A program made the translations under genes and the position numbers. Below are positions 39,123 to 52,120 of a stretch of 64,000 nucleotides of DNA, piece by piece. Positions within the stretch are counted from its first letter, which is position 1. Every line of letters begins with the position of its first letter. The stretch comes from Pecten maximus (taxonomy: Eukaryota): assembly GCF_902652985.1 (NCBI RefSeq), contig NC_047022.1, positions 38,254,001 to 38,318,000 of the forward strand, read 5' to 3'. Under the pieces are notes generated by a model. That model was not told the origin of the DNA, did no database searches, and saw nothing but the letters and a program-made list of their open reading frames with translations.

Positions 39123-39494
39123 TGTAAGAGGAATGGAAAAAAGGAAGACCAGGCCGGGGTTCAAGCCCGGGACCTCCGAACACTTGCCGGAAGCTCTACC
39201 AATTGAGCTATCTGGTCGCCGATGATCGACCCGGTCTAGTTCCGCTAACTCTTCACTCCCTTTTGAAGTCTTCGCCCTCGAAGACCTAACTACTCACAAC
39301 CTAGGTTCGGGTATCCCCTTGCTAAGTATTCACCTCACCTTAAACAAGGTTTGGTCACAGGCACAAAATGAAAGAAGAGTGGAAAAATTCACGGCCAAGA
39401 CGGGGGATTCGAACCCGGAACCTCTGAACACCAGCCGGATATTCGACCAATTGAGCTACCTGGTCGCCGATGATCGACCCGGTCCAGTCCCACA
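39123..39494 (-). mobile_element. Miniature LTR retrotransposon (TRIM) with tRNA-like sequence in both LTRs (Helenus-like)
   Basis: Two 126-bp direct repeats (39123-39248, 39369-39494) ending in CA on the minus strand; PBS-like TGTGCCTGTGACC after the 5' LTR; PPT AAAAGGGAGTGAAGAG before the 3' LTR; A/B boxes inside each LTR. Confidence 0.75.
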
Positions 39495-41249
39495 AGACTA
39501 ATACGTGTAAAACCGTTCCTTAGGAATACTTAACCAAGACAATCATAATACTCAATGATACTATATTAAGAAGTGCTACAGGAAAACATGTACCGCGTCT
39601 ACTTTTATATAAAACTACACCGTCCATTATTCGATTATCTGTATTTTTACATTCTGTCTTGTTGGAAACATTTTAGCTCAAAACGCTTCGATCACGATGA
39701 TATCTATGGCTGTATCAAGGTTTATCACATCACTTAAGTCTACTTCTGGAAGGTTTCACCATTCTGAACGGCGGGGAATTCCCTCCGAACCCGTTAATTG
39801 ACATGGATAGGGAATGTCTTGATGGCATATCATTCTTATTATCGAGAAGTTGTGATCTGTCAATCTAAAGATTTTCTGTGTCGATTTGGAAGGTAGAAGA
39901 TCATCCTAACTGTATCACGACCTCGAGATCGTAAATCTTATTTTGAGATTATTTTGAAAAATGATGAGGATATAACTGAAATTGATCTGTACAGAGCTGA
40001 TATCAGATTATGACCGAGGTCACGTGTTAGATAATCTGATACAAACTGGTAGCAACGACTAGTCAATATGTTTACTTCCATAACACAGAGGACCTGTGAA
40101 CATGGCCAAGTAGTTTTACCCAATCGGAACCCCTCGTCATTTTCTCCGAATACGTTCGCAGACGGAGGCGTGGTGTTCCAATTGTAGTTTTACCATCAGC
40201 TGTTGTATCGAACGGATCGCTCGTTGAACACGTGTACATATGTGACTTGACTTTATTTATTGATAGTTGAGATATAAACAGTCAATATAAACAAGACTTT
40301 GGCGTTACTTTTAAATGCTGACTGTATTTCTCCAGTGAGCTATCGGACAATTCCTCCTTTCGTTTTACCACGGACTATACATTAGAATCAATGTTGTGGA
40401 TTCACAGTCTAAATAACCTGATCAAAGTTGCGAGTTTCACTTGCTGCCCAATGATGTATTTAGTATTCTGGACCCTGTAGAGAAATCGAACGAAGGGGTT
40501 GTCCAATCATTGTAGGATCAATGAAGATTTACGGAGACAGGGCGCTGTCCGTGCTCGGTGATAAGTATGTTAGATTGTACCATTCGGTCTCATCCGCACA
40601 AATCTACACAACAGATGCTAGGTCGGAGACACCTAATCCGCGAATGTTCGCCCTGTATAATGGACCCTTGATTGGCCAGAGGTCGACTTTCCTAGCTCTT
40701 TTGTACAATTATACATAGCCTGTTGCAAACATGAGAATGATAAACCCGGTTAATTCGTTTTCTTTCGATTTTAAATCATTTACTACCTGTCCATAGAGCT
40801 ATGTGTTGATCGTCAACTGAGGGGCTGTCTCTAATCATCAATAGATGTGAATTATGTCAAGCCCATCTGGAGATAGTACATCCGGCTACTACACATCTTA
40901 GTTATGCTGCCACACGATTTTATCGGTTTAAGTGAAGGGGGCTCGACGGACAAGATATCAGAAGAAAAGCTAGATGACAGATAATCACAACGTTAGATCA
41001 CATATATAATGAACTAAAACATGTCTTGGTATTGGTGATAAACCGTGAAAATTCTGGGTACAACGACCCCACAATAAAATAGAATTGAACACTCGGCAAG
41101 TCAATGTAATGTTATTTCTGTGCAGTGTATTCATGCGTGTGTTGATTCAGTGGTTCCCACGCTGGTATACTGTATAATGTGCTGTGTGTGATTTCCATGT
41201 TGGAGCCTTATACCTGGACCTACGTATCAGCCTCGTTTTCCGGAGTTCA

Positions 41250-42335
41250 GACTCAATTTCAATTTCTTTATTGACTGTAGGCCATACGGCCCATAAGTAC
41301 ATATTATAAACAAAACAATACATTATAATGGCATAGAACAGCAATGCTACAGTACAAATACAAAGTGGAGTACGGATTAAAGATGTAAAGATCGGATTTT
41401 GTTTGCTTCAAATATAAATTTGCCTAAGCGACTTAATTCTTTGATATTTTGTACACTTAATAACTGTATCAATTTGAACATTGAAGGCTTTTGCCAATAG
41501 TATTTCTTAATGAGGCGTCTTCTTAAATTGGTATACTTATTACATATTAATACAAAATGGTATTCATCTTCTATCTCAGTCGTTGATTTACAAATTAAAC
41601 AGTGTCTCAAAATTAGATCAATATTGTTAAAGCGGCCAGTTTCGATTGCTAAGGAATGCGCAGACATGCGTAGTTTTGATAAACATATTCTGAATTTCAT
41701 AGGTATATACTTAGTTAAATAAAACTGAATAGAAAAATTATCCACAATATGTTTATATAAAACACATTTCGAGGACTTTTCTAATGCATCTCTCAAATAC
41801 TGTTGGGCTTGGTCAAAAATTCTTTGTCGTATACAAGGTAAAATAGTTTCAGAGTTATTTGGTGATTGACAGAACCATATTTCGCCGAAACCTAAAGAGC
41901 ATAATAACTCCTTTACACCGTGTACCCAATTAAAACATAAACCAGTGTTTTTACTTAATAAAAAATCATATGCAGTATTCAAAATACAGTTTTTTGTGTC
42001 GAGTAGTTTGAACCAATATTTAATAATTCTATATCTGCGTGTATATTCTAAGGGCAAACGACCAAGTTCCCAGTAAACTGTTACATTATTTGTTGATTTT
42101 TTAACCTTAAGTAATTTCTTACAAAAAAGAACATGTACATTTTCAATATCTGGTCCTTTGGTCGAGCCCCACACTTCACATGCATAAAACAGAATACTAC
42201 TTACATAAGTATCAAACAAACTCAACATGGTTTTACAATTTAAACTCATATTTGAACATTTAGAAAATAAAGCAAACATGGCTTTACGTCCTTGGTCCGC
42301 CAATTTTTTTTGTAAATTCGTGATTTTACACCCGT
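41250..42335 (-). mobile_element. 5'-truncated LINE (same group as 32840-34240) in intron 1 of gene 1
   Basis: Open 325-aa ORF 41377-42354 homologous to the 33017-34000 product (QGRKAMF, YACEVWG, ELGRLP, LRMSAHSLAIETGRF, EDEYHF); tail AATAAAG(AAATTG)2. Confidence 0.9.
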
Positions 42336-42639
42336 ATAGCCTCACCGCGACCATGTAATTATAAGTGATGACAACTTTTAATATCGTGACACCTGGGTAC
42401 GAAGTGATTTTTTACTTCAGTTTGAATTGATGGTAGACTGTGCTATTGAAGTAAAATCCGTAAATTGGTCTACCTCAGAGTAGCACCCTTATCCAAGTAT
42501 GCATCGAGACACTGGTTTGTGTCCTGATGTTATCAACAGTTTAACTTATCAAAAAGATATACTTAAGTGGTGTTTTTACTTCCTGTACATCAAACACAAT
42601 ACTAATATCATATTAGTACTGGGGATAATGATAACTATT

Positions 42640-45600
42640 TCGCAGGAATAGTTCAGACTACACAAGGCTGTCACGGGAATAGTTCAGACTACACAAGGCT
42701 GTCACGGGAATAGTTCAGACTACACAAGGCGGTCACAGGAATAGTTCAGACTACACAAGGCTGTCACGGGAATAGTTCACACTACACAAGGCTGTCACGG
42801 GAATAGTTCAGACTACACAAGGCTGTCACGGGAATAGTTCAGACTACACAAGGCTGTCACAGGAATAGTTCAGACTACACAAGGCTGTCGCGGGAATAGT
42901 TCACACTACACAAGGCTGTCACAGGAATAGTTCACACTACACAAGGCTGTCGCAGGAATAGTTCAGACTACACAAGGCTATCGCGGGAATAGTTCACACT
43001 ACACAAGGCTGTCACGGGAATAGGTCACACTACACAAGGCTGTCACGGGAATAGTTCACACTACACAAGGCTGTCACGGGAATAGTTCACACTACACAAG
43101 GCTGTCACGGGAATAGTTCACACTACACAAGGCTGTCACGGGAATAGTTAAGACTACACGAGGCTGTCACGGGAATAGTTCAGACTACACGAGGCTGTCA
43201 CGGGAATAGTTCAGACTACACGAGGCTGTCACGGGAATAGTTCAGACTACACGAGGCTGTCACGGGAATAGTTCAGACTACACAAGGCTGTCACGGGAAT
43301 AGTTCAGACTACACAAGGCTGTCACGGGAATAGTTCAGACTACAAAAGTCTGTCACGGGAATAGTTCAGACTTCACAAGGCTGTCACGGGAATAGTTCAG
43401 ACTACACAAGGCTGTCACGGGAATAGTTCAGACTACACAAGGCTGTCACGGGAATAGTTCAGACTACACAAGGCTGTCACGGGAATAGTTCAGACTACAC
43501 AAGGCTGTCACGGGAATAGTTCAGACTACACAAGGCTGTCACGGGAATAGTTCAGACTACACAAGGCTGTCACAGGAATAGTTCAGACTACACAAGGCTG
43601 TCACGGGAATAGCTCAGACTACACAAGACTGTCACGGGAATAATTCAGACTACACAAGGCTGTCACGGGAATAGTTCAGACTACACAAGGCTGTCACGGG
43701 AATAGTTCAGACTACACAAGGATGTCACAGGAATAGTTCAGACTACACAAGGCTGTCACGGGAATAGTTCAGACTACACAAGGCTGTCACGGGAATAGTT
43801 CAGACTACACAAGGCTGTCAAGGGAATAGTTCAGACTACACAAGGCTGTCACGGGAATAGTTCAGACTACACAAGGCTGTCACGGGAATAGTTCAGACTA
43901 CACAAGGCTGTCACGGGAATAGTTCAGACTACACAAGGCTGTCACGGGAATAGTTCAGACTACACAAGGCTGTCACGGGAATAGTTCAGACTACACAAGG
44001 CTGTCACAGGAATAGTTCAGACTACACAAGGCTGTCACGGGAATAGTTCAGACTACACAAGGCTGTCACGGGAATAGTTCAGACTACACAAGGCTGTCAC
44101 AGGAATAGTTCAGACTACACAAGGCTGTCACGGGAATAGTTCAGACTACACAAGGCTGTCACGGGAATAGTTCAGACTACACAAGGCTGTCACAGGAATA
44201 GTTCAGACTACACAAGGCTGTCGCGGGAATAGTTCACACTACACAAGGCTGTCACAGGAATAGTTCACACTACACAAGGCTGTCGCAGGAATAGTTCAGA
44301 CTACACAAGGCTATCGCGGGAATAGTTCACACTACACAAGGCTGTCACGGGAATAGGTCACACTACACAAGGCTGTCACGGGAATAGTTCACACTACACA
44401 AGGCTGTCACGGGAATAGTTCACACTACACAAGGCTGTCACGGGAATAGTTCACACTACACAAGGCTGTCACGGGAATAGTTCACACTACACAAGGCTGT
44501 CACGGGAATAGTTAAGACTACACGAGGCTGTCACGGGAATAGTTCAGACTACACGAGGCTGTCACGGGAATAGTTCAGACTACACGAGGCTGTCACGGGA
44601 ATAGTTCAGACTACACGAGGCTGTCACGGGAATAGTTCAGACTACACAAGGCTGTCACGGGAATAGTTCAGACTACACAAGGCTGTCATGGGAATAGTTC
44701 AGACTACAAAAGTCTGTCACGGGAATAGTTCAGACTTCACAAGGCTGTCACGGGAATAGTTCAGACTACACAAGGCTGTCACGGGAATAGTTCAGACTAC
44801 ACAAGGCTGTCACGGGAATAGTTCAGACTACACAAGGCCGTCACGGGAATAGTTCAGACTACACAAGGCTGTCACGGGAATAGTTCAGACTACACAAGGC
44901 TGTCACGGGAATAGTTCAGACTACACAAGGCTGTCACAGGAATAGTTCAGACTACACAAGGCTGTCACGGGAATAGCTCAGACTACACAAGACTGTCACG
45001 GGAATAATTCAGACTACACAAGGCTGTCACGGGAATAGTTCAGACTACACAAGGCTGTCACGGGAATAGTTCAGACTACACAAGGATGTCACAGGAATAG
45101 TTCAGACTACACAAGGCTGTCACGGGAATAGTTCAGACTACACAAGGCTGTCACGGGAATAGTTCAGACTACACAAGGCTGTCAAGGGAATAGTTCAGAC
45201 TACACAAGGCTGTCACGGGAATAGTTCAGACTACACAAGGCTGTCACGGGAATAGTTCAGACTACACAAGGCTGTCACGGGAATAGTTCAGACTACACAA
45301 GGCTGTCACGGGAATAGTTCAGACTACACAAGGCTGTCACGGGAATAGTTCAGACTACACAAGGCTGTCACAGGAATAGTTCAGACTACACAAGGCTGTC
45401 ACGGGAATAGTTCAGACTACACAAGGCTGTCACGGGAATAGTTCAGACTACACAAGGCTGTCACAGGAATAGTTCAGACTACACAAGGCTGTCACGGGAA
45501 TAGTTCAGACTACACAAGGCTGTCACGGGAATAGTTCAGACTACACAAGGCTGTCACAGGAATAGTTCAGACTACACAAGGCTGTCACAGGAATAGCTCA

Positions 45601-46682
45601 GACTACACAAGGCTGTCACGGGAATAGTTCAGACTACACAAGGCGGTCACGGGAATAGTTCAGACTACACAAGGCTGTCACGGGAATAGTTCAGATTACA
45701 CAAGGCTGTCACGGGAATAGTTCAGACTACACAAGGCTGTCACGGGAATAGTTCAGACTACACAAGGCTGTCACAGGAATAGCTCAGACAGGAATAGTTC
45801 AGACTACACAAGGCTGTCACAGGAATAGTTCAGACTACACAAGGCTGTCACGGGAATAGTTCAGATTACACAAGGCTGTCACGGGAATAGTTCAGACTAC
45901 ACAAGGCTGTCACGGGAATAGTTCAGACTACACAAGGCTGTCACAGGAATAGCTCAGACTACACAAGGCTGTCACGGGAATAGTTCAGACTACACAAGGC
46001 TGTCACGGGAATAGTTCAGACTACACAAGGCTGTCACGGGAATAGTTCAGACTACACAAGGCTGTCAAGGGAATAGTTCAGACTACACAAGGCTGTCACG
46101 GGAATAGTTCAGACTACACTAGGCTGTCACGGGAATAGTTCAGACTACACAAGGCTGTCACGGGAATAGTTCAGACTACACAAGGCTGTCACGGGAATAG
46201 TTCAGACTACACAAGGCTGTCACGGGAATAGTTCACACTACACAAGGCTGTCACAGGAATAGTTCAGACTACACAAGGCTGTCACGGGAATAGTTCAGAC
46301 TACACAAGGCTGTCACAGGAATAGGTCAGACTACACAAGGCTGTCACGGGAATAGTTCACACTACACAAGGCTGTCACAGGAATAGTTCAGACGGGAATA
46401 GTTCAGACTACACAAGGCTGTCACAGGAATAGTTCAGACTACACAAGACTGTCACAGGAATAGTTCAGACTACACAAGGCTGTCACGGGAATAGTTCAGA
46501 CTACACAAGGCTGTCAAGGGAATAGTTCAGACTACACAAGGCTGTCACGGGAATAGTTCAGACTACACAAGGCTGTCACGGGAATAGTTCAGACTACACA
46601 AGGCTGTCACAGGAATAGTTCAGACTACACAAGGCTGTCACAGGAATAGTTCAGACTACACAAGGCTGTCACAGGAATAGTT
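42640..46682. repeat. 31-bp satellite, ~130 copies, with an internal higher-order duplication
   Basis: GGGAATAGTTCAGACTACACAAGGCTGTCAC. Confidence 0.98.
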
Positions 46683-46802
46683 AGCTGTATCATACGTGTT
46701 AATTGGTATTATTCTGTAAGTTGGCGGTAGAGTGGATGTATTTGTCCTTTTGTTATGTATATATATCATCATGTAAGTTGTTAAACTTTCGGATCGTTTA
46801 GG

Positions 46803-46952
46803 ACAATCACACCGATATTTCTGTATCTGATACAGCATCCTATAGTATCTAACTAAAACATATATACAGCCGATACAACAATCACACCGATATTTCTGTA
46901 TCTGATACAGCATCCTATAGTATCTAACTAAAACTATATACAGCCGATACAA
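46803..46952. repeat. ~75-bp tandem duplication
   Basis: ACAATCACACCGATATTTCTGTATCTGATACAGCATCC...CAGCCGATACA twice. Confidence 0.9.
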
Positions 46953-47919
46953 TTAATTAGAATTTTGCCATCTTTATAATGTATACAGAAGACGTGTTGT
47001 CTTGTAGTTGGACCTACAACGGTATCATTTTCTGAGTGCCATCACATTTTAATGCCTCAACAAAGATATGGCGCAGCAATCCCAAACAACTGATAATTAG
47101 GGTTACATGGAGAGAGACTCCAATAAAACTGGACCTCACTAGACAACATACGGATTGAGAGTGAACGATGACAGGATCCTTTGATGGTGATATATAGAGA
47201 CAAGTCCGAAATGAGAAACAGTTTATTCGTGGTCAATTCTTACACAACCCAACATGTTATACCGTGTGTCTAATCACTGCATTACCCGTGATGCCGTAAA
47301 ATCAAAGCATGTCTTCACATAACTGGTCTGTGCTAACCGAGTATAACAGCATGTATATAACTATATCTGGAATGCTTACAACTTCCATATTTTCCAAAGG
47401 CTTCCCAAAGCTATTGCTTCCCTTCTTTTAACTAAGAATCGTCAGTCTGTCAAACCACTGACAACACATGCATAATTTATTGTTTGCAAGTCTATGGCAA
47501 GGTCGTTTTTTGACAAAGATAATAAATGTCACAATCAATATTTTCAGCTTTATCAGAAACTTAATCTCCATGTTACAGTTGTCATGACAACCAACATTCG
47601 TGGTTGAACCAATGTGGCGGACACAACTACATTTACAAGATGGCCGATGTCTGTATCAATGAGGCGCGGTTTCTATCTGTACATGTATCCATGGTAACAT
47701 TATTCGTGGATAACGACATCTGACAAACCTGTATCTGTTGATTTTCCACGCGCAGTAAACATCCTGATGAATGATCTGCACATAGTGCTTGTTATCGCTG
47801 AAGACAAGTAAGCCTCAACACACTGTTCTCAATCGGATCGCTGTCGAACGCTTTGTCCATTGGAATTGTGAGAGTGTAACATATCTACAGTTCAACGTTC
47901 TTTATGCTATCGGATATCA

Positions 47920-49380
47920 CCTTGGTCCTGTTATAATGTCACTCCAGCTTTGTTTTGTAATAATGTCACTCCAGCTTGGTCATGTAATAATGACACTCCA
48001 GCTTGGTTCTGTAATAATGTCACTCCAGCTTGGTCATGTAATAATGTCACTCCAGCTCGGTTCTATAATAATGTCACTCCAGCTTGGTCATGTAATAATG
48101 TCACTTCAGCTTGGTCATGTAATAATGTCACTCCAGCTTGGTTCTATAATAATGTCACTCCAGCTTGGTCCTGTAATAATGTCACTCCAGCTTGGTCATG
48201 TAATAATGTCACTCCAGCTCGGTTCTATAATAATGTCACTCCAGCTTGGTCATGTAATAATGTCACTTCAGCTTGGTCATGTAATAATGTCACTCCAGCT
48301 CGGTTCTATAATAATGTCACTCCAGCTTGGTCATGTAATAATGTCACTCCAGCTCGGTTATATAATAATGTCACTCCAGCTCGGTTCTGTAATAATGTCA
48401 CTCCAGCTCGGTTCTATAATAATGTCACTCCAGCTTGGTCCTGTAATAATGTCACTCCAGCTCGGTTCTATAATAATGTCACTCCAGCTCGGTTCTGTAA
48501 TAATGTCACTCCAGCTCGGTTCTATAATAATGTCACTCCAGCTTGGTTCTATAATAATGTCACTCCAGCTCGGTTCTATAATAATGTCACTCCAGCTTGG
48601 TTCTATAATAATGTCACTCCAGCTCGGTTCTATAATAATGTCACTCCAGCTTGGCTCTGTAATAATGTCACTCCAGCTCGGTTCTGTAATAATGTCACTC
48701 CAGCTCGGTTCTATAATAATGTCACTCCAGCTTGGTCATGTAATAATGTCACTCCAGCTCGGTTCTATAATAATGTCACTCCAGCTTGGTCATGTAATAA
48801 TGTCACTCCAGCTTGGCTCTGTAATAATGTCACTCCAGCTCGGTCCTGTAATAATGTCACTCCAGCTCGGTTCTATAATAATGTCACTTCAGCTTGGTCA
48901 TGTAATAATGTCACTCCAGCTTGGTCATGTAATAATGTCACTCCAGCTCGGTTCTATAATAATGTCACTCCAGCTTGGTCATGTAATAATGTCACTCCAG
49001 CTCGGTTCTATAATAATGTCACTCCAGCTCGGTTCTATAATAATGTCACTCCAGCTCGGTTCTATAATAATGTCACTCCAGCTCGGTTCTATAATAATGT
49101 CACTCCAGCTTGGTTCTATAATAATGTCACTCCAGCTCGGTTATATAATAATGTCACTCCAGCTTGGTATGTAATAATGGACCTCCAGCTTGGTCCTGTA
49201 ATAATGTCACTCCAGCTCGGTCCTGTAATAATGTCACTCCAGCTTGGTTCTATAATAATGTCATTCCAGCTTGGTCCTGTCATAATTTCACTCCAGCTTG
49301 GTCCTGTAATAATGTCACTCCAGCTTTGTTGTGTAATAATGCCAATCCAGTTCGGTTCTGTAATTATGTGACACCAGCTT
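47920..49380. repeat. 27-bp minisatellite, ~53 copies
   Basis: TAATAATGTCACTCCAGCTTGGTCATG; source of the 461-aa and 473-aa ORFs. Confidence 0.97.
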
Positions 49381-49534
49381 ACGTGAATGGACACGGAAGT
49401 TCAAAAGTAAAAAAAAAACTAATCAATTACTTGTTTTTCAATTACGTTACATATTCAAAACAATACCCACAATTGTCGCAAGGCAAATGATATGAAGGTA
49501 GCCAGAAATAACATCATATAGGGGCACTGCCCTA

Positions 49535-49738
49535 GCTGTTACTGTTCATATGAACACGATACCCCACAGACGGCCCACTGGCCGGTTACTGTTCATATTA
49601 ACACGATACCCCACAGACGGCCCACTGGCCTGTTACTGTTCATATTAACACGATACTCCACAGACGGCCCACTGGCCTGTTACTGTTCATATTAACACGA
49701 TACCCCACAGACGGCCCACTGGCCTGTTATTGTTCATA
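49535..49738. repeat. 47-bp minisatellite, left part
   Basis: CTGTTACTGTTCATATTAACACGATACCCCACAGACGGCCCACTGGC. Confidence 0.93.
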
Positions 49739-49751
49739 TATATATATACTG

Positions 49752-50712
49752 TATACTGAAACGAAAAAGAAACGCAACATGGAAAATTGTGATTAATTTT
49801 GTATTAAATATACATATCTGTATAAAAATCGCGGAAATAAACATGCACCCTGCCTAACACCCATACCAATCTTCAAAATCACCCAAGTGTGACTAGAGAC
49901 CTATGCACTTCCGGCGCGGTAAAAACATCAAAAACCGTGCCTGTACAAACATATGCGTTCTTTTTTCATTCAAACCAGTATCAATTCATCACTAACATTG
50001 AGCCACATCATCGCCAATACTTTTGCAAACAATAATTCCTTTTACAATTATGCCACGGTTATCAAAGGTTGATAGAGGACGTGCTATAGCGATGCTTCTG
50101 GCAGGGAACACGCAACTTCACGTCGCTCGACAATTCAGAGTTCACAAATCGACTATTAGTCGATTAGTTTCACGTCTTAACGCAACAGGAAGAGTCGATG
50201 ACCAGCCGAGATCAGGACGTCCACGCGTAACGTCGCGACGTCAAGACCGGGTTCTTAGGTTGGCACACCTGCGTAACAGGAGATTAACGGCCGCTGAAAC
50301 GGCAAGGAATACGATTGGTAATCATAACCGTCGAATTCATCCCCAAACAGTGATCAACAGACTGCGTGAGGCTAATTTGCGTGCAAGGCGACAGTACGTT
50401 GGTTTACCACTAACACCGCAACGTCGAGCACGTCGTATGCAATGGGCAACGGCACATATGCCCAGACGTTTTCCTATGAGACGTTGGAGGTCTATGCTCT
50501 TCACCGATGAATCACGATTCACGTTATTTCGAGCAGATGGCCGTCAACGTGTGTACCGGCGTCGAGGCGAACGTTTTGCTGACGCCTGTGTTTTGGAACA
50601 CGACCGATTTGGGGGTGGATCAGTTATGGTTTGGGCGGGAATCTCCCATGGTTTGAAGACGCCTTTGGTGATAGTCAATGGGAATTTAACGGCCGTTATC
50701 GGGATGAGATGA
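49752..50712 (+). mobile_element. 3'-truncated Tc1/mariner DNA transposon inserted into the 47-bp array
   Basis: Left TIR-like TACTGAAACGAAAAAGAAACGCAAC after a TA run; transposase downstream; no right TIR. Confidence 0.88.
50050..50712 (+). pseudogene. Tc1-family transposase, truncated
   Basis: MPRLS start, paired-like HTH, RSGRPRVT, FTDESRF (first catalytic D), GGGSVMVWAGI, GNLTA; frameshift just before YRDE, then the sequence switches to satellite; second D and E are missing. Confidence 0.9.
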
Positions 50713-52120
50713 GTTCATATTAACACGATACCCCACAGACGGCCCACTGGCCTGTTACTGTTCATATTAACACGATACACCACAGACGGCCCACTGGCCT
50801 GTTACTGTTCACATTAACACGATACCCCACAGACGGCCCACTGGCCTGTTACTGTTCATATTAACACGATACCCCACAGACGGCCCACTGGCCTGTTACT
50901 GTTCATATTAACACGATACCCCACAGACGGCCCACTGGCCTGTTACTGTTCATATTAACACGATCCCCCACGGCCCACTGGCCTGTTACTGTTCATATTA
51001 ACACGATACCTCACAGACGGCCCACCGACCTGTTACTGTTCATATTAACACGATACCCCACAGACGGCCCACTGGCCTGTTACTGTTCATATTAACACGA
51101 TACCCCAAAAACGGCCCACTGGCCTGTTACTGTTCATATTAACACGATACCTCACAGACGGCCCACTGGCCTGTTACTGTTCATATTAACACGATACCCC
51201 ATAGACGGCCCACTGGCCTGTTACTGTTCATATTAACACGATACCCCACGGCCCACTGGCCTGTTACTGTTCACATTAACACGATACCCCACAGACGGCC
51301 CACTGGCCTGTTACTGTTCATATTAACACGATACCCCACAGACGGCCCACTGGCCTGTTACTGTTCATATTAACACGATACCCCACAGACGGCCCACTGG
51401 CCTGTTACTGTTCATATTAACACGATACCTCACAGACGGCCCACCGGCCTGTTACTGTTCATATAAACACGATATCCCACAGACGGCCCACTGGCCTGTT
51501 ACTGTTCATATAAACACGATATCCCACAGACGGCCCACTGGCCTGTTACTGTTCATATTAACACGATACCCCACAGACGGCCCACTGGCCTGTTACTGTT
51601 CATATTAACACGATACCCCGTCGACGGCCCACTGGCCTGTTACTGTTCATATTAACACGATACCCCACAGACGGCCCACTGGCCTGTTACTGTTCATATT
51701 AACACGATACCCCACGGCCCACTGGCCTGTTACTGTTGATATTAACACGATACCCCACAGACGGCCCACTGGCCTGTTACTGTTCACATTAACACGATAT
51801 CCCACGGCCCACTGGCCTGTTACTGTTCATATTAACACGATACCCCACGGCCCACTGGCCTGTTACTGTTCATATTAACACGATACCCCACAGACGGCCC
51901 ACTGGCCTGTTACTGTTCATATTAACACGATACCCCACGGCCCACTGGCCTGTTACTGTTCATATTAACACGATACCCCACAGCCCACTGGCCTGTTACT
52001 GTTCATATTAACACGATACACAATCGACGGCCCACTGGCCTGTTACTGTTCATATTAACACGATACCCCACGGCCCACTGCCCGGTTACACGATACCCCG
52101 TCGACGGCCCACTGGCCTGT
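50713..52120. repeat. 47-bp minisatellite, right part (~30 copies, with 43-bp deletion variants)
   Basis: Same unit as 49535-49738. Confidence 0.96.

Noticed and set aside
39147-39217. Functional tRNA-Thr gene (and second copy 39393-39465)
   Set aside because: Both copies have mismatched stems and altered loops, and sit inside LTR-like direct repeats; treated as element-derived.
47789-49371. 461-aa and 473-aa ORFs
   Set aside because: Translations of the 27-bp minisatellite.
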